DNA of 64,000 nucleotides, taken from Okamejei kenojei. Lineage: Eukaryota. Shown one piece after another: positions 1 through 11,589 of this stretch (its first letter is position 1; every line of letters begins with the position of its first letter). The position numbers and the translations under genes were made by a program. The notes below the pieces were generated by a model. It was not told where the DNA came from. It made no database searches and worked only from the letters and a program-made list of their open reading frames with translations. Where the stretch lies: the NCBI GenBank assembly GCA_035221665.1, contig CM069155.1:4526001-4590000 (forward strand), in the 5' to 3' direction.

Positions 1-984
1 TCACAATTAACAGGAGCTTTATAGTTTTTTGCTACTTCATCCATAGCTAGCTCCTGTAACTGGTGGGAGAGCATATACTGAATTGCTTCGGCCAATTCTA
101 CATCAATCGCCTTTCCTGCCTCTCTACGCTCAGCAAACTTCCCAGCAATGTTCGGAATTACCTCCAACCGAACTCCTTTACTGCTCTCCCCCAGCATAGA
201 AACAGTGTCAGCAAACTGCACTGATAGAACATCCTCCTCACAGGCAGGATAGTTCTGCAGCCCTGAAACAGGTGCTGCTAGCACAAGCTCTCCATCAGCC
301 TGGCTTGGGCACCACTCCTCCTCACGGAGCTGGTCCCTGTCGAGCATTCTTTTGTAATAGAATCTCGACGTGGGAGAGCCGTGAGCAAACGGACTCTCCT
401 ATGGAGGGTATAACCTCCAGGCCCGACTCATCTACGGGCCACAGAGACTTGCCAGTGGCCGCCCGCCCTACTGACAAGCCTCCACTGCCCCCCGGCAGTG
501 GGTCCGCAACCACTGGCTGTGTAGCCAGCACCGGACCAGGTGTACCAGACGGGCCTCCATCCTCAACACTCTCCTGGCCACTTTTCCTTTCTAACCCCGG
601 AGCGCCTCACCGACACCTTCTTCACTTTCTGCAACATATCTACCAGAACTCCAAACCGTCGCAGAAAATGACCTGTGGTCAAATTTTTTTAAAAACCTTA
701 CCTCCGTTTAAACTTGTTAACGAAGAACTGCAGATGCTGGAGAATCGAGGGTGAAGTCTGAAGAAGGGTCTCGACCCGAAACGTCGCCCATCTCCTTCGC
801 TCCTTAGATGCTGCTGCACCCGCTGAATTCTCCAGCTTTTCGTGTAACCCTCCGTTTAAACTTACCGCTCGGAGGAGCGCTGCTGCTCCAACCGGCCGAC
901 TGCACCAGCGTCTGACGTCATGACGCACCAACGGCTGTACGGGCTTCTATTCACGTAGTCACTCACGTGACTCCGAAGTAAAAT
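1..984 (-). mobile_element. DIRS1-like retrotransposon copy A, 5' end with gag remnant
   Basis: Minus strand starts at 984 with attttacttcggagtcacgtgagtgactacgtgaa, the same terminus as the element at 1305. A minus-strand frame is open from ~345 to the window edge (...DVELAEAIQYMLSHQLQELAMDEVAKNYKAPVNC), resembling the DIRS gag 'Y.xP.NC' region. There is a frameshift upstream. Confidence 0.75.
716..848 (+). mobile_element. Penelope terminal-repeat mini-insertion with minimal hammerhead ribozyme motif
   Basis: CTGAAGA(758)-A-GGGTCTCGACCC-GAAAC-GTC(785). Flanked by a perfect 15-bp TSD cctccgtttaaactt (701-715, 849-863). Inserted in DIRS copy A. Confidence 0.85.
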
Positions 985-1082
985 ATCAGCCACTTGTTAT
1001 TATACAGCCCCCACAAAACTAACGTCAATGGAACCAAATGCATAGGGATGAATATGATTGGTGCACAATAGTCTGAGCTACA

Positions 1083-1196
1083 GTTTCGATTTAGTTTGGA
1101 AATACAGCACGGAAACCGGCCCTTCGGCCCACCGTGTCCGCACTGACCAGCGACCCCCGCACACACTAGGGACATTTTGTTTTAAATTTACACCAA
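1083..1196 (-). mobile_element. HE1/V-SINE-like tRNA-derived SINE, 3' part (5' part at 6248-6448)
   Basis: Reverse complement of the SINE tail (gggccgaagggccggtttccgtgctgtat). Breaks at ...tttacaccaa and resumes as caccaagccaattaacc after the DIRS element. Confidence 0.8.
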
Positions 1197-4009
1197 AGTC
1201 AAGTCAAGTCAAAAGTCAAAAGAGTTTATTGCCATGTGCCCCTGACAGGACAATGAAATTATTTCTTTGCATAGCACAACAGAACATAGTAGGCATTGAC
1301 TACAATTTTACTTCGGAGTTACGTGAGTGACTTTGTAAAGACCCCGCCAGGCACGCGTGCGCGACATATGTGAGCGACCGGCAGTGAGGAGCGTTGCTCC
1401 TCTACTGCAGGGACCTGCAGGTAAGGAAAACTAACCTGCCATCCTTCTTTCATTTCAGGGACTCTGTTTCACAGAGTACTCCAGGCCGCTTTGGCACTGA
1501 CTGCGGACCGTGGGATGCGGGCAGTCAGCGGCGGCTCTTACAGAATGGAGTCGGGAAGAGCCCGTTGACCCAGGTGGGTCCAGGTTCTCACTCGCCGGTG
1601 AAGGACGGCAGAGCAGCCCGACTCTACACCGCAGCCCGCAGGACACCGCGGGCTGACGGCATTAACAAAGGAGTGGGGGCTAGCCCCAACTCAACTGTAT
1701 TCCACAGCCAGCAGGATCCCTGTCTGTATTAACATGCTTGCAGGCAACGGCTGTGGGCTAATGGCTTTACTTACGCCTTTGCCCCGACTTTATTTTTACA
1801 CCGGGGACCCGGTAGGGGCCGGGCTCACACTCGCCGTTCGCAGGCAGCGACGGCAGAGCGGCAGCCCGAATCTACACCGCAGCCCGCAGGATCACCACGG
1901 GCTGACGGCTACGCTACCCGGAAGTGGACCAGGAGGGTCCGGGCTCGGAGGCTGTCATTCGCGGGCAGCAAAGGCAGAGCAGGAGCTCCGGCTCAACGTC
2001 GCAGGCCGCAGGAATTCCGCGGGCTAACGGCTATGCTACCCTATAGAGGTAGTAGACAGAGCCGGGGTCCCACTCACACACAGGCGGGAGCCTTGCCGTT
2101 AGCGGCAGTCTATGTCCCGCATGTAATTCTGGTCACCATTGGAGCTGGGGGGGGAGAGAATGCGCTCCTCCACCAGAAGCTCATAAAGACCCTCAGGTAA
2201 GATACTAACCTTGAGTTGTTAGCTTCTGTACTAGACTTTGCTTACAGAAACAATGATGGGAGACCAGAATGAAGGCATTGATGTCTGCCTCCCAGGGCCA
2301 TGGGACTTCGGATGGGAGTCAGCGCTCACTATTCCCGAAGCTGCCCGCAACGCCAGCAGCGCCGGCAGCGCCCACTCTGTGGGCCGAGATAAGAAAGTGG
2401 AAACCGGGGAGCCCTGCAGCAGCCAGGACCCGATTCTCCACCACGGCTGGCCATGGAGCCGTAAAGTGGTAGGAGCACCGGGCAGGAGCAGGGTAGGCAA
2501 GACCCTGACTCCCTACCACTGTCACCTAAGCATAGGGACAGTGGAGCTAAGGTGCGTAAACGTGTAATTCGCCTGGCGGCACGTTCTCTCTCCCCAACTA
2601 TGCAGGTCACCAGAGAGAGGACCAGGGGAAGAATCGCACGACAGTCGGTGAAGCCCCACTGTAGGAGCCGGGGTTGACTTTCCACCGGAGCAGCCGCCAG
2701 TTCACGGACCGGTGAAAGATTGAGGCCTGGGTCTGCAAGCCCGCTGTGCGGCCGGCACAGACTCACCGCCGGGGGAGCCTGCCAGAACGCGGGCCGGTGT
2801 AGTCTCATCTCGGTCACCGCACCCGCCTTTAGCGGCAGGATGTGAACGAACGTCGGGACTGGCGGCAAAGCCCGCGCGGACGTCGGGGTATCACGCTTTG
2901 GCGGCCGGACCGACTCATCACCGCTCATGTCTTACCAGACTAGCGGGCCGCCTCCGTCCGGAAGACGGCGGACCAGCAGCAGGTTCGCGCGGGCAGTCGC
3001 TTAGCCACGCAGAAAGCGGCAGGCAGCGACATCCTGTCTAGGCACCCTTGTCGAAGTGCGGGGCGATGACGGAAGCCTCAGGGATTCTCCAGAACCTGAG
3101 GAAGTCGACTTGTCATCCGCAGATGTGGCGGCGGTCGCGTGGCTCGGATGGAGCGTTATCCTAGAGCACAATCTCTGCACCTGGACCAGATGTCCGCCAG
3201 TCCAGGAGACATGCGGCTGGGCCCACCAGCATGTCCACGTCATCGGTGGGGATGCCACGGATCAAGCAGCTGGCGGACACGTAAGATGGGCTGGAGCTGG
3301 AACCTACAGTACCTGAGAAAACCCAGGAGGAACTGCTGAATGTGGTCTCCAAGTTCGCCCCGACGAAGCACACAGGGGCCCAGCATAGACTACCTCAGCT
3401 GCAGGAACAGGTCTTTACCGAGGGCGGATCAAAATTACCCAACTGCATATCAGTACCCAGTCAAACACCATCTGGGGCAACATCAGTCCGGGGATAGGGC
3501 ACAGGAGCTGAAGTTCTAAAACCTCACGTCGGGGAATATCTTTGCCAGGTCGGTTGACAGCATGGAAATGACGGCAGAACAGGAGGATGCTCTTGCAATG
3601 TTAGTCATGAAGTTAACACTTCCCGGAGTATCGCCATCAAACCGACTTCTAAAACACCCATATTTGCGGGTTGTACTGGGCATCTGCGACGCCACCACCG
3701 AGACAGCTGTTCAGTGAGGACCTGCCTAAACAGGTCTAGGACCTGGAAAAAAAATTTAGGAGGCGAAGGCAGACGGGTTGATGAACCCACCTCCCTCCAG
3801 CAGGCTGGCAGTGCGCAGACAAACACCATATGGCAAGACCTCGGGGGCACCTGAAGACCAGTAAGGACCTACACGCCGGCAGCACCTCAACACAATTCAA
3901 CGGAACACCAGGAACCAGAACGTCAGGCCCGCCGGTAACCATGGAGGTAAGGGGGTCTGGTTCTCTTGGAAGTGCTGCATGTTTAACCTCACAAGTAGGA
4001 GAGCGGTTA

Positions 4010-4960
4010 CATACATTCTGGGATGCAAGGGAGCTGATTGTCACTATCCCAGGGAACAAAACTATAGACATAATAGAGGCATGTAACAGCCTTGCTTGCG
4101 CCAGGAAACCGACTATTAGACATACTGCTAAAATAATTGCTAAACTTGTAGCTACATTCTAGCTACATAATTGGGCCGTTACACTATCTAAGCTTACAAA
4201 GAGCAAAATCTCGGCATTAAAAGCGAATGCTGGACATTTTTACGGGCCTATGCAGCCGCCAATCAAGGCATAAATTGAGCTACAATAGTGGATTAGCTAT
4301 GTTTGTGGTTATTAAATCCCATCATTACATCAAACCCATTAGTCGTGTTACAAAACCGACGCAATGCACCAAGGCTGGGGAGCTACCGACACCTTTCCAG
4401 TTGGGGTGGTAGATGGAATTTGCACGAGTCTACTTTTCTTCAATCACAAGGTAATAACTATTTAGAATGCCTGGGAGCATGTCACGGGCTACGGGCTTAA
4501 TGCACTAATCTGCAGCATATGCATTCCGTCTTCATATACCACTGTGGTGGGCGTATTTAAACCTTATGGGTGGTATCAAGTCAATATCTTGTGATGAATT
4601 GGAAAAATTAATTTGCTCTAGTGGATTGAAAGAAATATTTGGATATCAGCTACGTACCTTCCGGTTAAGCACTCAATACAGCATACAATACGGCGGACAC
4701 CAGGTCACAAGTATTTAATATGACATCAAGTGGATGTTGAACCTCCAAATATTTGCTAAAAAACTATAGCCTAATATGGGATCACCAGATATTGACCTCC
4801 TGCACCCAGGTTGAACCATTGGATACCAACATATGTGTCTTGAGAACCAGATCCTGGGGCAGTGACGAATGGACGAGTTCTCGCTACATTGGGGGAAATG
4901 GGTTTTCTATGCTTTCCCCCATTCTGCTTCATCAGATAGATGTTGCAGAAAACGCAACCA
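4010..4960 (+). pseudogene. DIRS pol remnant (RT C-terminal connection, RNase H, probable methyltransferase-like region); RT core missing
   Basis: Frameshifted motifs: 'VTIPGNK...IIAKLVATF' (4040-4160), LQTDA..GWG-like (~4348-4382), 'NYLE' (~4455), 'VAYLNLMGGIKS..C' (~4547-4592) and 'YLPG..N..AD..SQ' (~4655-4710). No YxDD seen. Confidence 0.7.
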
Positions 4961-4979
4961 GATCTGCAACAGAAAGGAC

Positions 4980-5500
4980 CATGGACATCATACAGCAGCG
5001 TGCAGAGAGAGTCCACCAGTAAGCAGTACCTTACCCACATAAGGATATGTGAGGTTACCATTAGTCGGACCTAGACACCTACATATCTACTACGATCTCC
5101 AATGTGCTGGAAATCCTCACGGCCTGCATTATGATGAGTCCCTCAGTTACAGTGCCATATACAGTGCCAGGAGTGCACTGTCATCCTATCTCAACATTGG
5201 AGTGGGATCTCACCAGCTGGTATCCACTCTGAAGGGTATGTCTATCCTTCACGACCTCGATATATTACCAGAGATATAGGGGGTGGTGTTGACCCTACTC
5301 AGGAGCTGATCGCCTTTGGCGGATTTACCACTGGACTTATTCACCTTCAAAGTGGTGATGGTACTGGCACTGATGACAGCACAACGGGTCCAAACTTTAC
5401 AGGAATTGCCTGGATAAAATGGTTTTGACCCACAATAAAGTCACTGCGTTATAGAAGAGTTGCTTAAACTGCACAGACCTGCGACTACAGGTCTGAAAAT
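4980..5500 (+). pseudogene. DIRS tyrosine recombinase N-terminal remnant
   Basis: 'LSYSAIYSARSALSSYL' (5140-5195) and 'FTFKVVMVLALMTAQRVQTLQ' (~5339-5402) resemble DIRS YR motifs, including the first catalytic Arg. The C-terminal H-x-x-R and Y were not found. Confidence 0.7.
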
Positions 5501-6247
5501 GGGCATCAGGAGATGGCTCAAGGTGGTATTCGGTGCAGCAGGTAAGATACTAACATTTTAAAAATGTCATTCTACCAGGGCTGCATCCACATCAGCGGCG
5601 AGGACCATGGAGGTGTTCATGGATTATGTCCTCACAATAGCGGGCTTGGGCCAGTGAAACTACATTTCAGCGGTTTTATAACAGAACGTGTGGCCGCTCC
5701 CCGCAATGTTGGCGGATTCAGTTTTAAGTGCTGTTCCCTAAACGTTTGTCCCCGAGTTCAGGGGTTTTATTGTTGTATTAACAAATGTCATTATTTTTCA
5801 GCTTATTCAAGTCTGAAATACGTTAACATACTTCCGCCATCAGTATTACAGCAGTGTGTGAGCATGGACGTGGTGCAGGGCATGGAATCACAGAGCTTTG
5901 AAATCTTCACAAAGTCACTCACGTGACTCCGAAGTAAAATAGTAAGATTAAATGAGAACTTACCAGTTTGAAGTTTGATCTATATTTTATGAGGAGTTGC
6001 GAAGAGGGATTTTGTGCCCTCCGCTCCCAACCCTCTACTATAAGGTCAACTGGTATATTCGAGTTCTTTAATCTTACTATCTTCAGTCATTGTTGTTATC
6101 TGTGATTCCACACCGCTGCTTTGAAGAATGTCGCGCATGCGTGCCTGGAGTGTCTTCACGAAATCCCTCATCGCAACTCCTCATAAAATAAAGATCAAAC
6201 TTCAAACTGGTAAGTTCTCATTTAATCTTACTATTATATACGTTTCC

Positions 6248-6448
6248 CAAGCCAATTATATACACCAAGCCAATTAACCTACAAACCTGTACGTCTTTGG
6301 AGTGTGGGAGGAAACCGAAGATCTCGGTGAAAACCCACGCGGTCACGGGGAGAATGTACAAACTCCGTTCAGACAGCACCCGTAGTCGGGATCGAACCGG
6401 GGTCACTTCAGCTGTAAGCCAGCTACTCTACCTCTACGCCACCGTGCC
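6248..6448 (-). mobile_element. HE1/V-SINE-like SINE, 5' part
   Basis: Reverse complement is ggcacggtggcgtagaggtagag...ccggttcgatcccgactacgggtgctgtctg: Pol III A/B boxes plus V-domain-like core. Confidence 0.85.
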
Positions 6449-6747
6449 ATCAGCGAGCAGAGATTATTCCCCTTTCCATATTCCTCAATGTATTTATCAC
6501 TTTAAATGATATTCCAGTTTCTTGGATTGTTCATGACATGATTTGATTTGTCCATTGACAGCATTCGTTCTTCGAGGACAGTGGAAAAATACAAATGTGA
6601 CCTTGAGTGCGAACGGTGAAAGTACATGAGGCTGAAAATTCAATTACAAAATGTGGATTATTTTTGCATCCTGCAATAGAAAATCAATTCTTCCACGAAT
6701 GGTAATGACCGGGTCACTTGACATAATTCTGAAAACTCAGTTGAGCA

Positions 6748-7245
6748 GTTTCAGTTTCAGTTTAGTTTATTGGCACGTGTACCAAGGCACAGTGTGGCTT
6801 TTGTTCTGTACTATCCAGTCAGCAGAAAGACAAGACATGATTACAATTGAGCCGTCCACAGTATACAGATTCATGATAAGGGAATAACGTTTAGTGCAAG
6901 ATAGAGCCAGAAAAGCCCAAGCAAAGATAGTCAGAGGGTCACCAATGAGGTAGATGGTAGTTTAGCACCGCTCTCTGGTTGTGGTGGGATGGTTCAGTTG
7001 CCTGATAACAGCTGGGAAGAAACTGTCCCTGAATCTGGAGGTGTGCGTTTTCACACTTCTATACCTTTTACCTGATGGGAGAGGGGAGAAGAAGGAGTGG
7101 CCAGGGTGAGACACGTCCTTGATTATGCTGCTGGCCTTGCCGCGGCAGCCTGAGGTATAAATGGAGTCAATGGAAGGGAGGTTGGTTTGTGTAATGGTCT
7201 GGGTTGCGTCCACAATTCCTGCAATTTCTTGCGGTCTTGGTTGCA
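6748..7245 (-). mobile_element. Rex1/Babar-type LINE 3' end
   Basis: ORF 6962-7267 ends HPGHSFFSPLPSGKRYRSVKTHTSRFRDSFFPAVIRQLN, followed by a short-repeat tail. A near-identical copy lies at 37425-37882. Confidence 0.75.
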
Positions 7246-8079
7246 AGCACCTCCTGTCACAAGTCACACTGACAATGTGATGCTCAGGATGTTGTCATGA
7301 CCCTTGTGTACCCCTTTGCGAGGATGGCCAATTTGCTGGGGCCACACCTCCCCGGAGGCACCTGCTGAAGGACACCCTCTGCTCTGTGTTAACCTGAGAA
7401 GATTTTGAATAAGATAAATACCTGCCAAAATTTTCACATCCACTCCCCACTACCACTGCAGCCCCTCTGTTCCAAAGCTACTCTTCTCCAGGAGGCCATC
7501 CTTAACCCCTTTATCTATATTTTTTCTCTCCTCTTTTCAATGCCCGCTCACTCCCCACTAACCAGCACCTAGCCCCAGCATCTGTTTAAGGTCCCACTTT
7601 TCCAATGCCCCCGTTGGGGTACGCTGGAATTCCTAAGCCATGCTTAAATCTTTTTTATACATTGCATGAACTTGAATCATAGGTCAACTGTAACAGATCT
7701 GAATGGAGTTGCTCTCAAAATGTAACCCACCTCTAATGCAATAAATTATTCTTTCCAGAAGTAATCTTTGGACATCACATTTCCCTCTCTCACTTTCTCT
7801 GGCCCCGCTGTGTCAGTTGTCAAGATCACTCTTCCGGTCACTCTTCAGTTCGCTCATTCCTCCTGACTCACCCCTTCCTTTCCATGGGCACTTCCCCTTG
7901 CTACTGCAACAGGAGTAACACCTGTCCTGACATCTCTATTCTCACCACCATCCAGGGACTCGAACAACCTTCCAGCATTGTGGGTGATAAAAATGGTAGT
8001 GCTGCCTTCAAACATGGAACAGCAGAGCACAAGTAAAATCCCCTTTGGCACAATATTCATGTCAAACAGAGTCATATAG

Positions 8080-8470
8080 TCATAGAATCATACTGCATGG
8101 AATCAGGCCCTTCGGCCCTTCTGCCCAACTTACCCATCTACACCATCCAACATGTCCCATCTACCCTAGTCCCACCTGCCTGCGTTTGGCTCATATCCCT
8201 CTAAACCTATCCTATCCATGTACCTGTCTCGATGTTTCTTAAACGTTGCGATAATATCAGCCTCGCCTCGCTCAGCATCATGTTCAGTACACCCACCACC
8301 CTTTGTGTTTCAAAATCCACTTCCTTACATCCTGACAAACTGTAATGGGCCCAGCACCGAACCCTGAGGCACATCATTAGACACACGCCGCCGCTCTGAA
8401 AAGCACCCTCTGCTTCCTTCCGTGAAACCAATTTTTTATCTATTCATCCATATCTCCTTGGATTCCATGG
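8080..8470 (-). mobile_element. CR1-type LINE 3' fragments
   Basis: TQRVVG.. motif and the ggcccttcggccc 3'UTR shared with other CR1 copies. Confidence 0.65.
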
Positions 8471-8521
8471 ATGATGCTAACATCACATATCCACCTGCAC
8501 ATAATATGCTACTTTTGCAGG

Positions 8522-9060
8522 GATTGGTCCAGGTCAGCATGGATTTATGCAGAGGAAATCATGCTTGACTAATCTTTTGGAATTTTTTGAGGATGTAACA
8601 ACTAGAATGGATAAGGGGGAGCCAGTTGACGTGGTGTATCTGGGCTTTCACAAAGCCTTTGACAAGGTCCCACACAAGAGATTAATGCGTAAAATTAGAG
8701 CACATGTTATTGGGGGTAGGGTATTGACATGGATAGAGAACTAGTTGGTAGACAGGAAGCAACAAGTAGGAATTAACGGGTCCTTTTCAGAATGACAAGC
8801 AATAGCGGGGTATTGCAAGGTTCAGTGCTGGGATCCCAGTTATTTACAATGTATATTAACGATTTAGACGAGGGGATTAAATAAAACACGATTTGCGATG
8901 ACACAAAGCTGGGTGGCAGTGTGAGCTGCGAGGAGGATGCTATGATGCTGCTGGGTGACTTGGATAGATTGGGTGAGTGGACAGAAGCAGTATAATGTGG
9001 ATAAATGTGAGGTTATCCACTTTGGTGGCAAGAACAAGAAGGCAGATTATTATCTGAATG
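8522..9060 (+). mobile_element. CR1 LINE RT fragment
   Basis: KSCLTNLLEFFEDVT..MDKGEPVDVVYL.F.KAFDKVPH, QGSVLGP and FADDTK-like motifs. Confidence 0.9.
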
Positions 9061-9270
9061 ATAGACACAAAATGCTGGAGTAACTCAGCGGGACAGGCAG
9101 CATCTCTGGAGAGAAAGAATGGGCGACGATTCGGTTCGAGACCCTCCTTCAGAATGATGTCAGGGGAGTGGGCGGAACTGAGATAGAATGTAGTTGGAGA
9201 CAGTATGGTGGGAGAACTGGAAATGGGGAGTGGATGGAGAGAGAGAGAGAGCAAGCAAGGTCAATTTCAA
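9061..9270 (-). mobile_element. Penelope terminal-repeat fragment with degenerate hammerhead motif
   Basis: atagacacaaaatgctggagtaactcagcgggacaggcagcatc...gggcgacgattcggttcgagaccctccttcag. Confidence 0.75.
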
Positions 9271-9274
9271 GTTA

Positions 9275-10495
9275 AGGGCCTGTCCCACTTGAGCATCATC
9301 TGCGCATAATTTACGCAACATCATTTATGCGTCACGCATTACCCGCGCATGGTGTGCATTACCCGCGCATGGTGTGCATTACTCGCGCACGGTGTGCGTT
9401 ACCCGCGCACGGTGTGCATTACCCGCGCATGGTGTGCATACCCGCGCATGGTGTGCATTACCCGCGCATGGTGTGCATTACCCCGCGCATGGTGTGCATT
9501 CCCACGCATGGTGTGCATTACCCGCGCATGGTGTGCGTTAACCGCGCATGGTGTGCAATTACCGCGCCACGGTGTGCATTACCCGTGCATGGTGTGCATT
9601 ACCCGCGCACGGTGTGCGTTACCCGCGCACGGTGTGCATTACCCGTGCATGGTGTGCATTACCCGCGCATGGTGTGCATTACCCGCGCACGGTGTGCATT
9701 ACCCGCGCATGGTGTGCATTACTCGCGCACGGTGTGCGTTACCCGCGCAACGGTGTGCGTTACCCGCGCACGGTGTGCGTTACCCGCGCACGGTGTGCAT
9801 TACCCGCGCATGGTGTGCATTACCCGCGCATGGTGTGCATTACTCGCGCATGTGTGCTTTACTCGCGCATGGTGTGCATTACTTCGCGCATGGTGTGCAT
9901 TACTCGCGCATGGTGTGCATTTACCCGCGCATGGTGTGCATTACCCGCGCATGGTGTGCATTACCCGCGCATGGTGTGCATTACTCGCGCATGGTGTGCA
10001 TTACCCGCGCACGGTGTGCGTTACCCGCGCACGGTGTGCGTTACCCGCGCATGGTGTGCATACATGGTGTGCTCGCGCATGGTGTGCATTACCCGGCCAT
10101 GGTGGCATTTACCCGCGCATGGGTGCGTTACCCGCGCGTAGCGATACCCGCGCATGGTGTGCATTACTCGCGCATGGTGTGCATTACCCGCGCATGGTGT
10201 GCATTACTCGCGCATGGTGTGCATTACCCGCGCATGGTGTGCATTACTCGCGCATGGTGTGCATTACTCGTGCATGGTGTGCATTACTCGCGCACTGTGT
10301 GCATTACCCGCGCACGGTGTGCGTTACCCGCGCACGGTGTGCATTACTCGCGCACGGTGTGCATTACCCGCGCACGGTGTGCATTACCCGCGCACGGTGT
10401 GCATTACCCGCGCATGGTGTGCATTACCCGCGCATGGTGCCTGGTGATGTAGGCAGTGACACGCAGTCAAGTGTGGCGCCTCAGGATTATGGGAT
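9275..10495. mobile_element. Harbinger-type MITE (left TIR only) hosting a minisatellite
   Basis: Begins (ttaa)gggcctgtcccactt, the same TIR as 32893-33211. The right end is cut by a Penelope insertion. Confidence 0.65.
9336..10439. repeat. 20-bp minisatellite (GGTGTGCATTACCCGCGCAT)n, about 55 copies
   Basis: Directly visible tandem array with variants (..ACTCGCGCAC.., ..GCGTTACCC..). Confidence 0.97.
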
Positions 10496-11580
10496 TCAAA
10501 GGTCAGATTGGGAATGGGAGGGGGAGTTGAAGTGCTGAGCCACCGGGAGACCAGGTAGGTTAAGGTGGACTGAGCTGATGTGTTCAGCGAAACGATTGCC
10601 GAGCCTGCGCTTGGTCTCGCCGATGCACAGAAGTTGACACCTGGAACAGCGGATACAGTAGATGAGGTTGCAGGAGGTGCAAGTGAACCTCTGTCTCACC
10701 TGAAAAGACTATCAGGGTCCTTGGATGGAGTCGAGGGGGGAGGTAAAGGGACAGGTGCTGCATCGCCTACGGTTGCAGGGGAAGTACCTGGGGAGGGGAT
10801 GGTTTGGGTGGAAAGGGATGAGTTGACCAGGGAGTTGCGGAAGGAACGGTCTCTGCAGAAAGCAGAAAGAGGTGGAGATGGAAAGATGTGGCCAGTAGAG
10901 GGATCCCTTTGGTGGTGGCAAAAATGTTGGAGGATTATATGCTGTATGCGACGGCTGATGGGATGGAAGGTGAGGACACGGGGCTTCTGTCCTTGTTGTA
11001 AATGGAGGGAGGGGGAGCAAGAGTGGAGATGAGGGATATCGAGGGGACCCTAGTGAGAACCTTATCTATAATGGAAGAGGGGAACCCCTGTTTCCTAAGG
11101 AAGGAGGACATCTCTGATGATCTAGTATGGAAAACCTCATCCTGGGGCCTATAGTCTGTCTCCTGCGATGGAGACCTTGAGATCTAGAAACAGTTGGGAG
11201 ATGTCGGATATGGTCAAAGTGATTTTGAGTGCAAGATGGAAATTAGTCGTGAAGTTGATGAAGTCAGTGAGTTCTGCATGGGTGCAGGAGGTAGCACTGA
11301 TGCAGTCATCAATGTAGCAGAGATAGAGTTTGGGGATAGGGCCAGTGTACGCCTGGAACAGGGATTGTTCAATGTACCCTACAAAGAGGCAGGCATAGCT
11401 GGGACCCATGCGAGTGCCCATAGCTACACCATGGATTTGGAGGAAGTGGGATGAGTCGAAGGAGAAGTTGTTGCGGGTGAGGACCAGCTCTGCTAGGCGG
11501 AGGAGAGTATTAGTAGACGGGAATTAGCTGGTTCTGTGGTCGAGGTTCCAGAAACGGTAGGGAGATGTCGGAGATGGTTT
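10496..11580 (-). mobile_element. Penelope-like element fragment (RT + GIY-YIG endonuclease)
   Basis: Minus-strand peptides AMGTRMGPSYACLFVGY...LYLCYIDD (PLE RT) and FTCTSCNLIYCIRCSRCQLLCIGETKRRLGNRFAEH (GIY-YIG). Confidence 0.92.
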
Positions 11581-11589
11581 TCAAAAATG

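Larger units (their letters stand above)
1305..6235 (+). mobile_element. DIRS1-type tyrosine-recombinase retrotransposon copy B (termini intact, coding region decayed and internally deleted)
   Basis: Left terminus 1305-1368 is inverted relative to 6129-6160. The internal complementary region 5904-6016 pairs with both the left end (1305-1341) and the right extension (6158-6235). Both ends carry ATT. Internal gag, RNase H and YR remnants are present. Confidence 0.9.

Noticed and set aside
9327-10538. Long ORFs (403, 367 and 197 aa) on the + strand
   Set aside because: Artefacts of a stop-free 20-bp tandem repeat; all three frames give the same 20-aa period.
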